DNA of 63,984 nt, counting the filler, from Nitrospirota bacterium (GTDB lineage: Bacteria; UBA2233): NCBI GenBank assembly GCA_011620345.1. It is 6 parts of 6 records of this genome, joined end to end, with 100 filler letters (N's around TTAATTAATTAA, not from the genome) between each part and the next. Parts side by side here need not be neighbours in the genome. Positions count along the whole stretch, not along the records: positions 12,463 to 24,462 come from WOZJ01000053.1; positions 24,563 to 36,532 come from WOZJ01000040.1; 4 more parts are not named here. One strand, written 5' to 3'. The notes beneath the pieces were generated by a model. That model was not told the origin of the DNA and did not search any database. It worked only from the letters and a program-made list of their open reading frames with translations. The position numbers and the translations under genes are program-made. This document shows positions 17,919 to 27,771 of this stretch, one piece after another. The number at the start of each line of letters is the position of its first letter. Positions within the stretch are counted from its first letter, which is position 1.

Positions 17919-19937
17919 GTGAACCCGAACCACCTCTCTCCCCATGACGGTCAGGATCAGGATTACGGCAGGCGTCGAGTCGTGATAGAAAACGTGACTC
18001 CAGAGGTCGAAAAAGGCGAGTTCCCGATCAAGCGCGAGGCCGGAGACCTGGTTGTTGTCGAGGCGGATATATTTGTAGACGGCCACGATACGATCGCCTC
18101 CGTCTTACTCTACAAAAAAGAAGGTGCATCTTCCTGGAAAGAGGCTCCAATGGAGCTCGTTCAAAACGACACCTGGCGCGCGAGCTTCAGGGTTGAGGAG
18201 CTTGGGCGTTACCGCTACACGCTTATGGGCTGGGTGGATCACTTTGCAACTTGGTACAAAGGGTTCGTCAAAAAGTACGAAGCCGGCCAAGACGTCTCCT
18301 CGGAGATGCTCATTGGCGCAAAGATGATCATGGATACGCTGCAAAGGGTTTCCGGGGCCGACGCCAATAGGCTCGAGACCTGCGCCTACATGCTGACGAG
18401 CGATACCTTCCCCTTGGAAGCGAAGATTGGGACGGCCTTGAGCGAGGAGCTCGTCGCACTCATGCAAGGCTACCAAGAAAGACGCTTTGCGACGGTTTAT
18501 CCGATCGAACTGCCCGTCATCGTGGACAGGAAAAAAGCCAGGTTCAGCGCGTGGTACGAAATGTTCCCTCGGTCGGTCACGCCAAGACAGGCGTCTCACG
18601 GCACGTTCAAGGATGTGGAAGGGGTCCTTCCCTACATCCAAGAGATGGGGTTCGACGTGCTTTACCTTCCGCCCATCCATCCGATCGGAAAAACCAAAAG
18701 GAAGGGTAGGAATGGAGACGTAGTTTGTCAGCCGGATGACCCTGGCAGTCCTTGGGCGATCGGCTCCGAAGAGGGCGGGCACAAGGCCGTCCATCCCGAG
18801 CTCGGCACGCTCGAGGATTTCCGCGCGCTCGTTGCGAGGGCAAAGGACTTTGGCATCGAGATCGCGCTCGATATCGCCTACCAGTGCTCCCCTGACCATC
18901 CTTACGTCAAAGAGCACCCCGAATGGTTCCGAGTTCGGCCGGACGGGGGGATCCAGTATGCAGAGAACCCGCCCAAGCGCTACGAGGACATCGTTCCGTT
19001 TGATTTTGAGTGCAAGCAGTGGCCCGCACTTTGGGAAGAACTGGCCAGCATCGTTTTGTTCTGGATAGAGCAGGGCGTACGCATCTTTCGTGTAGATAAC
19101 CCGCACACGAAGCCCTTTCGGTTCTGGCAGTGGCTTATTCCCCGCTTCAAGGAAGCCCATCCGGACGTGCTGTTCTTGTCGGAAGCCCACACTCGTCCCA
19201 AGATCATGTACAGGCTGGCCAAGGTAGGATTTTGCCAATCCTACACCTACTTCCCCTGGAAGATTGCCAAATGGGAGCTGGAGCAGTACTTCACCGAACT
19301 GACCAAAACACAGGCGGTGGAGTTCTTCAGGCCGAGCCTGTGGACAAATACCCCCGATATCCTTACGGAGTACCTCCAAACTGGCGGCCGTCCGGCGTTC
19401 ATGATCCGTTTGATCCTAGCCGCAATGCTCGGGTCCAACTACGGCGTTTACGGTCCCGCGTTCGAGCTTATGGAGCGCTTGCCTAGAGCGAAGGGCTCGG
19501 AGGAATACTTGGATTCCGAGAAGTACGAGATCCGTACCTGGGATTTGGAGGGTCACGACAGCCTAAGGGGCTCCATTGCACAGCTAAACCGGATTCGTGG
19601 GGAAAACCCGGCCTTGCAAGGGGTAGGAAGCCTTACATTCCATCCGACCGAGCACGAAAGCATCCTTTGCTTCAGCAAAAGAACGCCCGACCGTTCGAAT
19701 ATCGTCGTGGTCGTCGTGAACTTGGACCCCTTTCAACGCCATTGGACCTACGTGAACTTAAACCTGGACGAGCTTGGGATTGGCGCGGATGAAACCTACG
19801 AGGCGTTCGATACGCTGAGCGGAGAGGGCTACGTCTGGCGCGGCGCGTGGAACTACGTCGAGCTAGACCCGGCCTGGCGGCCTGCGCACATTCTTGTACT
19901 CAAAAGGCATACAGGCCCGCTTGGGACGGGGCAGTGA
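17919..19937 (+). CDS. glgE: Alpha-1,4-glucan:maltose-1-phosphate maltosyltransferase
   Basis: WYEMFPRS, LYLPPIHPIG, GSPWAIG, AENPPKRYEDI, RVDNPHTKP, NTPDIL. Confidence 0.96.
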   Translation: MNPNHLSPHDGQDQDYGRRRVVIENVTPEVEKGEFPIKREAGDLVVVEADIFVDGHDTIASVLLYKKEGASSWKEAPMELVQNDTWRASFRVEELGRYRYTLMGWVDHFATWYKGFVKKYEAGQDVSSEMLIGAKMIMDTLQRVSGADANRLETCAYMLTSDTFPLEAKIGTALSEELVALMQGYQERRFATVYPIELPVIVDRKKARFSAWYEMFPRSVTPRQASHGTFKDVEGVLPYIQEMGFDVLYLPPIHPIGKTKRKGRNGDVVCQPDDPGSPWAIGSEEGGHKAVHPELGTLEDFRALVARAKDFGIEIALDIAYQCSPDHPYVKEHPEWFRVRPDGGIQYAENPPKRYEDIVPFDFECKQWPALWEELASIVLFWIEQGVRIFRVDNPHTKPFRFWQWLIPRFKEAHPDVLFLSEAHTRPKIMYRLAKVGFCQSYTYFPWKIAKWELEQYFTELTKTQAVEFFRPSLWTNTPDILTEYLQTGGRPAFMIRLILAAMLGSNYGVYGPAFELMERLPRAKGSEEYLDSEKYEIRTWDLEGHDSLRGSIAQLNRIRGENPALQGVGSLTFHPTEHESILCFSKRTPDRSNIVVVVVNLDPFQRHWTYVNLNLDELGIGADETYEAFDTLSGEGYVWRGAWNYVELDPAWRPAHILVLKRHTGPLGTGQ

Positions 19938-19997
19938 GACTTGTCTCTTGCGGTCCCTTTGAATCACTAACGGCGCCATGAATTAAGGAGTGCAAAC

Positions 19998-21932
19998 GTG
20001 GTGAAACAAGCCCGATCCGATCATCCCGTGCGGCACGACGTATCGCTCTTGTCCGATTTCGATGTGTATCTTTTTAACGAAGGGTCTCTTTTCAAGGCCT
20101 ACGAGAAGTTGGGCGCCCACCCTATCGAACACGAGGGCAGGCGGGGCGTCTATTTTGCCGTTTGGGCGCCGAACGCCGCGTCCGTTTGCGTGATGGGTGA
20201 GTTTAACGGCTGGGATAAAACCTCCCACACCCTGAAACCCAGGGGTTCTTCCGGCATATGGGAAGGCTTCATCGAAGGCGTTTGGATAGGGTGCGCCTAT
20301 AAATACCACATCGTCTCGGCCGTAAACGGCTACCAAGTGGACAAGGCCGACCCTTACGGCGTCCTGCACGAGACGCCCTCTAGGACCGCTTCCAGGGTAT
20401 GGGATTTAAGTTTTTCCTGGAACGATGCGGCTTGGATGCAAACTCGAAAGGCAAAAAATGCGTTGGATGCGCCCATAAGCATTTACGAAATCCACATCGG
20501 CTCGTGGAGGCGCAAGCTTGAAGATGGAAACTGGCGGCCACTCAACTACAGGGAGCTTGCGCCTTTGCTGGCAAAGCACGTAAAAGAGCTTGGCTTCAGC
20601 CATGTCGAATTCATGCCCATCATGGAGCACCCGTTCTACGGTTCTTGGGGCTACCAGGTAACGGGCCTTTTTGCACCAACCTCGCGGTATGGAACCCCTC
20701 AAGATTGTATGTACCTAATAGACTTTCTCCATAGGGAAGGGATCGGCGTGATCCTCGACTGGGTCCCTTCGCACTTCCCGACGGACGAGCACGGGCTTGG
20801 CTATTTTGACGGGACGCACCTCTACGAGCACGCAGACCCGAAAAAGGGCCTGCATCCCGAATGGAACAGCGCGATCTTCAACTATGGGCGTGATGAAATC
20901 AAAAGCTTTTTGATCAGCTCTGCCATTTTTTGGCTAGAGCTCTACCACGCAGACGGGCTAAGAGTGGATGGCGTGGCAAGCATGCTCTATCTGGATTACG
21001 GCAGGCAAGGCGGCGATTGGATCCCAAACGAGTACGGGGGCAATGAAAACATCGAGGCGATTGCCCTTCTTCGCCGGCTAAACGAAGAGGTTTACAGGGC
21101 CTTTCCGGACGTACAGACGATTGCCGAGGAATCCACCGCCTGGCCGATGGTCTCAAGGCCAGCCTACGTTGGAGGGCTTGGGTTCGGCCTCAAATGGGAC
21201 ATGGGATGGATGCACGACACCCTCAAATACTTCTCCTACGAGCCAATTTTCAGAAGTTATCACCAAGGGGAGCTTGCCTTCCGGATGGTCTACGCGTTCC
21301 ACGAGAACTTCGTCCTGCCGCTCTCCCACGACGAGGTGGTTTACGGGAAAGGCTCTTTGTTGAACAAAATGCCCGGCGATGACTGGCAGAAATTCGCCAA
21401 CTTAAGGCTGCTTTTTGGCTACATGTTCGCCCAGCCCGGTAAGAAACTCCTGTTTATGGGCGGTGAGATTGCCCAGTGGAGCGAATGGAACCACGATACG
21501 AGCCTCGAATGGCACCTGCTGGCCTACGACCCTCACGCGGGCATCAAGCGTTGGCTTGGCGATCTTGGCCATGCCTATGCGGCCGAGCCAGCCCTTTTTG
21601 AGGGGGACTGCAAGCCTGAAGGGTTTGAATGGGTCGATTGTTCCGATGCGGCGGCTAGCGTGCTGAGCTTTCTTAGGAAGCCCTTAAAGAGTGGGAGCCC
21701 GATCCTCGCCGTGTTCAATTTTACGCCCGTCCCTAGGTTGAACTACAAAATCGGCGTACCGAAAGGCGGAATCTGGAAGGAGATCCTTAACTCGGACGCC
21801 CAAGAATACGGCGGCAGCGGGCTAGGCAATAATGGCCAAGTCGTCGCCATCGAATCTCCCTGCCATGGAAGGCCTTTTTCTTTGGAGGTTACCCTACCGC
21901 CGTTGGCCGTCATGTTCTTCAAGCCTCGGTAA
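19998..21932 (+). CDS. glgB: 1,4-alpha-glucan branching enzyme
   Basis: FAVWAPNA, GSWGYQ, DWVPSHF, RVDGVASM, AEESTAWP, SHDEVV. Confidence 0.97.
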   Translation: MVKQARSDHPVRHDVSLLSDFDVYLFNEGSLFKAYEKLGAHPIEHEGRRGVYFAVWAPNAASVCVMGEFNGWDKTSHTLKPRGSSGIWEGFIEGVWIGCAYKYHIVSAVNGYQVDKADPYGVLHETPSRTASRVWDLSFSWNDAAWMQTRKAKNALDAPISIYEIHIGSWRRKLEDGNWRPLNYRELAPLLAKHVKELGFSHVEFMPIMEHPFYGSWGYQVTGLFAPTSRYGTPQDCMYLIDFLHREGIGVILDWVPSHFPTDEHGLGYFDGTHLYEHADPKKGLHPEWNSAIFNYGRDEIKSFLISSAIFWLELYHADGLRVDGVASMLYLDYGRQGGDWIPNEYGGNENIEAIALLRRLNEEVYRAFPDVQTIAEESTAWPMVSRPAYVGGLGFGLKWDMGWMHDTLKYFSYEPIFRSYHQGELAFRMVYAFHENFVLPLSHDEVVYGKGSLLNKMPGDDWQKFANLRLLFGYMFAQPGKKLLFMGGEIAQWSEWNHDTSLEWHLLAYDPHAGIKRWLGDLGHAYAAEPALFEGDCKPEGFEWVDCSDAAASVLSFLRKPLKSGSPILAVFNFTPVPRLNYKIGVPKGGIWKEILNSDAQEYGGSGLGNNGQVVAIESPCHGRPFSLEVTLPPLAVMFFKPR

Positions 21933-21943
21933 GAAGACAAGTC

Positions 21944-24385
21944 ATGCGCTATGTTTGCATTCATGGCCATTTCTACCAGCCGCCCAGGGAAAACCCATGG
22001 CTCGAGGCGATTGAGTGGCAAGACAGCGCCTACCCATACCACGACTGGAACGAGAGGGTGACGGCAGAGTGCTACGCCCCGAATACTGCCGCCAGAATTC
22101 TGGGGGAAGACGGAAAGATTTTTCGCATACTCAACAACTACGCTTGGATGAGCTTTAATTTTGGCCCAACGCTCTTATCCTGGATGGAAGCGAACGCCCA
22201 GGATCCCTACGAAGCGGTCCTGAAGGCTGACAAGGTTAGCCGGGCACGATTCTCCGGGCATGGGTCGGCAATGGCCCAGCCCTACAACCACATGATTCTC
22301 CCCTTGGCAAACGAAAGGGACAAACGAACCCAGGTTCTTTGGGGCATCGAGGATTTCAAGGCGCGCTTTGGGCGCGAGCCAGAGGGCATGTGGCTGCCCG
22401 AGACGGCCGTTGATGTAAAAACATTAGAAGTATTGGCGGAATTCGGCCTGCGATTCACGGTGCTAGCCCCTTATCAGGCAAGCAGAGTCAGGCCTATCGG
22501 CGGAGGAGACTGGCGGGACGTTCGAGGGGGGAAGATCGATACCTCCATCCCCTACCTGGTCCGGCTCCCTTCTGGTAAGACGATCGCGGCGTTCTTCTAT
22601 AACGGCAACATCGCCCAGGCCGTGGCATTTGGCGGGCTTTTGGATAACGGCAAGCGCGTTGCAGAAAGTTTGGTTGCAGGAGTGCCAAAAGACGGCGAAA
22701 TGCCCAGGCTTTCGCACATCGCAACCGATGGAGAGAGCTACGGCCACCATCACAGGTTCGGCGATATGGCGCTTGCCTACGCGCTACACCACATCCAGGT
22801 GAACGGCCTTGCGCAGATCACAAATTACGGAGAATTTCTGGAAAAGTGCCCCCCCATTTCCGAGGCGGAAATTATCGAGAATACCTCGTGGAGCTGCATC
22901 CACGGGATCGAGCGCTGGAGGTCGGACTGCGGCTGCCAAAGCGGCCGGCATCCCGGTTGGAACCAGGCCTGGCGGGAGCCCTTGCGAGAGGCGTTCGATT
23001 GGCTTAGGGACACGCTAGCCCCAAAGTTCGAAGAAGGGCTGAAGGAGCTCTTTTACGACCCATGGAGGGCAAGGGACGACTACATCGGCGTGCTTCTGGA
23101 CAGGACAGAAGACGCCATCGAAGCGTTCCTGGCCAAGCATGGCCGTGCTCCTCTAGATCAAAATAGTAAGGTCAGGGCGCTTAAGCTATTGGAGCTCCAA
23201 AGGCACGCCATGCTCATGTACACAAGCTGCGGGTGGTTTTTTGACGACCTCTCCGGCATCGAGACAGTCCAGGTGATTCAGTACGCAGGCAGGGCTCTCC
23301 AGCTTGCGAGCCAGCTTTTCGGCGATCACCTGGAAGCACGGTTTATGGAAAGGCTCTCGAATGCCAAGAGTAACGTTAAAGAGATGGGCGACGGCAAGGC
23401 CGTTTTCGGCCGGATCGTCAAGCCAGCCATGCTGGACCTGGTCTCTGCTGGGGCTCACTACGCGATCAGCTCCATCTTTGAGCAGTATCCTAGCGAGGCG
23501 CGCATCTACAAATATACAGCCAAAAGGCTCGATTTTGAGGATTACGAAGCGGGAAGAGTCCGGCTGATCCTTGGAAGGGCTAGGATGACCTCTTCCGTTA
23601 CGCTGGAATCGCTCGTGGTCCGGTTTGTTGCCGTCCATTTCGGCGATCACGCCCTCAATGCGGGGGTATGCCCGGAAAACGGCGATATGCCTTGCCTAGA
23701 AGAAATCAAGCGCCCGCTGCTCGAAGCGTTCCGTGCCCTGGACGTAGCCGGCTTGGTTCGCTTGATGGACCAGCACTTCGGGTGCTCCAGCTACACGCTC
23801 AAATCGCTCTTTCGAGATGCCCAGCGTCGAGAGCTTGGTAGGATTCTCGAATCCACGCTTGGAGACATCGAGCAAGAATACCGCCAGGTGTTCGACCGTT
23901 ACGAGATGCTCATGCGCTTCCTTTCGGACCTTGGCGTCCCCTTGCCTCAAGCCTTCAAGGCAACCGTCCGGTTCATCCTGAACACCGACCTCGTAAGGCT
24001 CATGGAGAGATACCCGCTCGATACGATCCGGATCGTCGAGCTCCTTCACGATGCAAAGGCCTGGGGTGTAGAGCTCGATACGCCAAAGCTCTCGTTCGTG
24101 CTGACCCATACGCTCGAGGATGCCATGGGGAGCTTTTTTCGAGCCCCGATGCGTATCGGGGGGTTAAAAGAATTGGTGGAATCACTCAGGTTTCTTAAGG
24201 AAGAGCCGTTCGACGTGAACCTCTGGAAGGTGCAGAACCTCTATTATGAGGCCTACAAGGCCCTCTACAAAGATGCCGAAAAAAAAGCGCAAGAGCCCTT
24301 GCTTCCAGGCACGAAGTCGGTGGAGCAATGGGTTCGCCTTTTTAGTGAGCTTGGGGAGCTTCTAGGGATTCGCCTGGTTGAATGA
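21944..24385 (+). CDS. GH57 family glycoside hydrolase (DUF3536)
   Basis: HGHFYQPPRENPW, GMWLPET, ATDGESYGHH, SWSC.HG, MYTSCGWFFD. Confidence 0.92.
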   Translation: MRYVCIHGHFYQPPRENPWLEAIEWQDSAYPYHDWNERVTAECYAPNTAARILGEDGKIFRILNNYAWMSFNFGPTLLSWMEANAQDPYEAVLKADKVSRARFSGHGSAMAQPYNHMILPLANERDKRTQVLWGIEDFKARFGREPEGMWLPETAVDVKTLEVLAEFGLRFTVLAPYQASRVRPIGGGDWRDVRGGKIDTSIPYLVRLPSGKTIAAFFYNGNIAQAVAFGGLLDNGKRVAESLVAGVPKDGEMPRLSHIATDGESYGHHHRFGDMALAYALHHIQVNGLAQITNYGEFLEKCPPISEAEIIENTSWSCIHGIERWRSDCGCQSGRHPGWNQAWREPLREAFDWLRDTLAPKFEEGLKELFYDPWRARDDYIGVLLDRTEDAIEAFLAKHGRAPLDQNSKVRALKLLELQRHAMLMYTSCGWFFDDLSGIETVQVIQYAGRALQLASQLFGDHLEARFMERLSNAKSNVKEMGDGKAVFGRIVKPAMLDLVSAGAHYAISSIFEQYPSEARIYKYTAKRLDFEDYEAGRVRLILGRARMTSSVTLESLVVRFVAVHFGDHALNAGVCPENGDMPCLEEIKRPLLEAFRALDVAGLVRLMDQHFGCSSYTLKSLFRDAQRRELGRILESTLGDIEQEYRQVFDRYEMLMRFLSDLGVPLPQAFKATVRFILNTDLVRLMERYPLDTIRIVELLHDAKAWGVELDTPKLSFVLTHTLEDAMGSFFRAPMRIGGLKELVESLRFLKEEPFDVNLWKVQNLYYEAYKALYKDAEKKAQEPLLPGTKSVEQWVRLFSELGELLGIRLVE

Positions 24386-24462
24386 GATGCCAAAGGGTTA
24401 TGCCTAACCTTGGAAGGGGAGTAAACCTTTCAACGCATCGATAGAATGGATCTAGAAGGGCT

Positions 24463-24562
24463 NNNNNNNNNNNNNNNNNNNNNNNNNNNNNNNNNNNNNN
24501 NNNNNNTTAATTAATTAANNNNNNNNNNNNNNNNNNNNNNNNNNNNNNNNNNNNNNNNNNNN
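24463..24562. other. Artificial contig spacer
   Basis: N44-TTAATTAATTAA-N44. Confidence 0.98.
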
Positions 24563-24583
24563 GTCTGCTTGCCCGACTCTGGC

Positions 24584-25333
24584 CTATTCAAGACCTAGGC
24601 CGGCATGTTTTATCCGGAGGGCTTCTATGCGCTCAAAGAGGAAGTTTGTCCAGCCTTCGAACCCATAAAGCGTCTTGGCCGATAATTCAAGGATGCGGAT
24701 GCCTGGGTTGATTTCTTGCGCCCAAGTCTTGGCCTTGGAGGCATCGAAGGCAAGGTAGGGCAGGAGGTCTGTCTTGCTGACAACGAGAAGCTCTGCCGCC
24801 CGGAAGACGAGAGGGTACTTAAGCGGCTTGTCTTCGCCCTCGGTTACGCTCAAAAGGACGACGTTTACATGCGCGCCCACGTCATAGAGAGAGGGGCAGA
24901 CCAAATTACCCACGTTCTCGATGAACAAAAGATCGAGCGCCTCGTGAGGGAGGTCTTCAAGGGCCTTTTCGACCATGAACGCATCCAGATGGCAGGCTTG
25001 GCCCGTTGTGATCGCCTTGGCGAGCGCCCCTTTGGCCTGGACTCTTTCGGCATCCCTTTGGGTTTCCAGGTCTCCTGCCAACACCCCAATCTTGAGCTTC
25101 CCCTGGGTCATTTCGAGCGTTCGCTCGATCAGCGCGGTCTTACCCGACCCTGGCGCGCTCATCAAATTGATCGCGAGCGTCCCATGCCGGGTAAAATGGC
25201 TCCGAACGTGTTCGGCCTGTTTGTCGTTGGCGGCAAGCAAAGAAACGCCGATATTGCGAGACGTCGCCGAACCGGGCGATTTCTCGCTCGCTGGAATCGG
25301 TCCGGGCTCACTGCATCCGCAAGTTGTGCACAT
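24584..25333 (-). CDS. hypB: Hydrogenase nickel-insertion GTPase
   Basis: N-terminal MCTTCGC, PGSGKT, ACHLDA, ENVGNLVCP, EGEDKPLKYP. Confidence 0.95.
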   Translation of the reverse strand: MCTTCGCSEPGPIPASEKSPGSATSRNIGVSLLAANDKQAEHVRSHFTRHGTLAINLMSAPGSGKTALIERTLEMTQGKLKIGVLAGDLETQRDAERVQAKGALAKAITTGQACHLDAFMVEKALEDLPHEALDLLFIENVGNLVCPSLYDVGAHVNVVLLSVTEGEDKPLKYPLVFRAAELLVVSKTDLLPYLAFDASKAKTWAQEINPGIRILELSAKTLYGFEGWTNFLFERIEALRIKHAGLGLE

Positions 25334-25410
25334 CGAAGGCCCCCTTCGTTTGTTTTGGCTGTAATCATCTATACTATAACGTAGGATTGACATTAAATAA
25401 GGGGGATCGA

Positions 25411-27009
25411 TTGAACATCTCGAGAAGAAGAGCGCTCCAGGCGCTCGGGTCCGTTCCGCTGGCGCTGGCCTATTCAGGGTCCGTGAAGGGGGTTGGCGCG
25501 ACCCAGTCCCTAGGCCCTGCCCGTCCCCAGCCTACGGTTCCGCTTGAGGCAATACGGGCGCATACCGAAAGGCTCGTCGCCTTCAAACAGAAGCGAGCGG
25601 GGTCCGAGGGCCTTTCGGAGGTAAGGGGCTTTCTTAAACAGCAGCTTGAGACCCTAGGCTTCTCTGTTCAAACCGACGCGTTCCAGTTTTTGGCTTACCG
25701 GCCGAAGAGCGACTCCTTAACCATAGAAGGGCGAGATGTTACGCATGAAACGTTTGCGTATTCAAGCGGGCTTGTGGGGCGTTTTCCAGTACGCCTTCTT
25801 GAAGGCACTTCGGACACTTCCCGGTTCCTTAGGGGCGCGATCGCGCTAGCTCCGATCGAGTCGTTCAATGAGGTTTCTGTCGCCTATCAGCGGGCGATCC
25901 ATGAGGGATCCGCGGCGATTGTGTTTAGCCACACGGGTTGTCCCGCATACCCGTTTGCTTCGTCCGTGGGGTTTGCCTTCGACGGCGTTCAAAAAGAAAG
26001 TATCCCTGCGCTCAGCATGCCGCTTGACGCAATCGCCCCTTTGCTTGGGCGGCTTGGCAAAGAGGACGTTTTCGCGCATGTCATGATCGAGCCAGCAACC
26101 GAGCCTGCCTTAGGGGAAAACCTTTATGCTTTTAGCCAACAAAATCCAGGGCTTGCGCCTCTTGTGTTTCTTGCAGCCCATTTCGATACCTGGTTTGAAG
26201 GCGCAACCGACGATTGTGCCTCCGTGGCGCTGCTCCTCGAGCTTGCAGGTGCGCTGAAGCGGGCCTATCCTCAAGCGAACTTCGGGTTCTTGTTTTTGGA
26301 CGCAGAAGAGGTCGGACTGCTTGGCGCCTACAGGGCGCTCCAGACGCTCGTAATCGAAAACCGCCTTCCCATCAAGGCTTTTCTCAACCTAGAGCAAGCG
26401 GTCGTATCGCCCAAGGGGTTTACATCTTCCACCTTTTCTGCGCCCAGGCTCTTTTTCGATGCGTTCTCCCAAACGCTCTTTGGCGCCTCCGGCGGCGTTC
26501 CCGTCCCCGCATTCCTTAGGCTTGCCTGGTCCGGCGGGGCGTCCCTTTCGAACCTAGTACCTTTCTACAACGCAGGCGTTCCAAGCCTTACGACGGGACC
26601 GATCACCGTGCCTTGGTTCAACCACTCTCAGGCGGATACATTGGACAAGGTAAGCGACGGAGCGCTCACCGATGCGTTCCGTTTCATGTTCGCCCTGGCC
26701 GCTTCGGTCCACGAGGGTGGGTTGGGGCTCGGCGGAGGGGGCCTTTCCGTTCCGGAGGCGCCGAATATGGTCTTTGATCGAAAAGAATCTGGCTTGGAGG
26801 TGCGGATCGTGCCGGCGTTTTTGCCTGGTACGATAGATGCGTTTGTTTTAAATAAAGGCCTTTTGCCTGTTTATAAGCCCAGGCTCGAACCCCTGGGTAA
26901 CGGCCGCTACCGGCTGGAGGCGCTGGAACCCTTCGAAGGAAATTCTGACACCTTCTTGTTCGTTCGCTTCTTGGGGCCGATCCCCGCGGAAGGCTGGCTT
27001 AAGCTCTAA
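25411..27009 (+). CDS. Tat-exported M28-family metallopeptidase
   Basis: SRRRAL twin-Arg signal; AHFDTW, GATDD, DAEEVGLLG, NHSQADT; TTG start after GGGGG. Confidence 0.8.
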   Translation: MNISRRRALQALGSVPLALAYSGSVKGVGATQSLGPARPQPTVPLEAIRAHTERLVAFKQKRAGSEGLSEVRGFLKQQLETLGFSVQTDAFQFLAYRPKSDSLTIEGRDVTHETFAYSSGLVGRFPVRLLEGTSDTSRFLRGAIALAPIESFNEVSVAYQRAIHEGSAAIVFSHTGCPAYPFASSVGFAFDGVQKESIPALSMPLDAIAPLLGRLGKEDVFAHVMIEPATEPALGENLYAFSQQNPGLAPLVFLAAHFDTWFEGATDDCASVALLLELAGALKRAYPQANFGFLFLDAEEVGLLGAYRALQTLVIENRLPIKAFLNLEQAVVSPKGFTSSTFSAPRLFFDAFSQTLFGASGGVPVPAFLRLAWSGGASLSNLVPFYNAGVPSLTTGPITVPWFNHSQADTLDKVSDGALTDAFRFMFALAASVHEGGLGLGGGGLSVPEAPNMVFDRKESGLEVRIVPAFLPGTIDAFVLNKGLLPVYKPRLEPLGNGRYRLEALEPFEGNSDTFLFVRFLGPIPAEGWLKL

Positions 27010-27129
27010 TCTCAAAACTTTTGTTTAAAAAAAGTATTGTCGACGGCGTGTCGTTTTGGGGTATTAAAGGTATAATAGGAAAGGCTTTAGGGGTGTTTAC
27101 CTCAGCGTCGGTGAAGGGGCTTGTAAGGG

Positions 27130-27771
27130 ATGGATTTCGAGAGAGCACGACAGGGCATGGTCAAAAGCCAGCTCGAGAACCGCGGAATCTCCGACCGAAG
27201 GGTTCTCAAGGCCATGCTGGAGGTGCCTCGTCACCTGTTCGTGCCCGCATCCTTGGTCGGCGAAGCCTATGCAGACCGGCCCCTTCCGATTGGCGAGGAG
27301 CAGACAATCTCACAGCCCTATATCGTGGCCTTGAGCCTGGAGCATTTAGATGTTTCACCCGAATCCCGCGTTTTCGAGGTTGGGACGGGCTCTGGCTATC
27401 AGACGGCGCTTTTGGCCTACCTAGCAAAAGATGTGTATACAATCGAGAGAATCGAAGGGCTGTTGGAATTGGCCAAGGGTAGGCTGCATGCCCTAGGCAT
27501 CCAAAACGTGCGCTTTTGTCTGGGCGATGGGTCCAAGGGTTGGGAAGATGCCGCCCCGTTCGACAGGATCGTGCTTAGCGCCTGCTCAAAAGAGGTTCCC
27601 AAAGCGCTCATAGGTCAGCTTGCCCCGTTGGGCCGGATGGTTCTTCCTTTGGGTCAGGGGCGGAGCCAGTGGCTGACGCTCGTCACGAAGGGCGCTACGG
27701 GAAAGGTTTACGTGAAACCGACTGTCCCTTGTGTGTTCGTTCCCCTTATCGCCGATGAAGGTGATTCATGA
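27130..27771 (+). CDS. pcm: Protein-L-isoaspartate O-methyltransferase
   Basis: VPRHLFV, QTISQPY, EVGTGSGYQ, GDGSKGW, FVPL. Confidence 0.95.
   Translation: MDFERARQGMVKSQLENRGISDRRVLKAMLEVPRHLFVPASLVGEAYADRPLPIGEEQTISQPYIVALSLEHLDVSPESRVFEVGTGSGYQTALLAYLAKDVYTIERIEGLLELAKGRLHALGIQNVRFCLGDGSKGWEDAAPFDRIVLSACSKEVPKALIGQLAPLGRMVLPLGQGRSQWLTLVTKGATGKVYVKPTVPCVFVPLIADEGDS

Noticed and set aside
18105-19379. 424-aa antisense ORF and similar long shadow ORFs (e.g. 449-1282, 24716-25384)
   Set aside because: Overlap well-supported genes, no motifs; expected in GC-rich DNA
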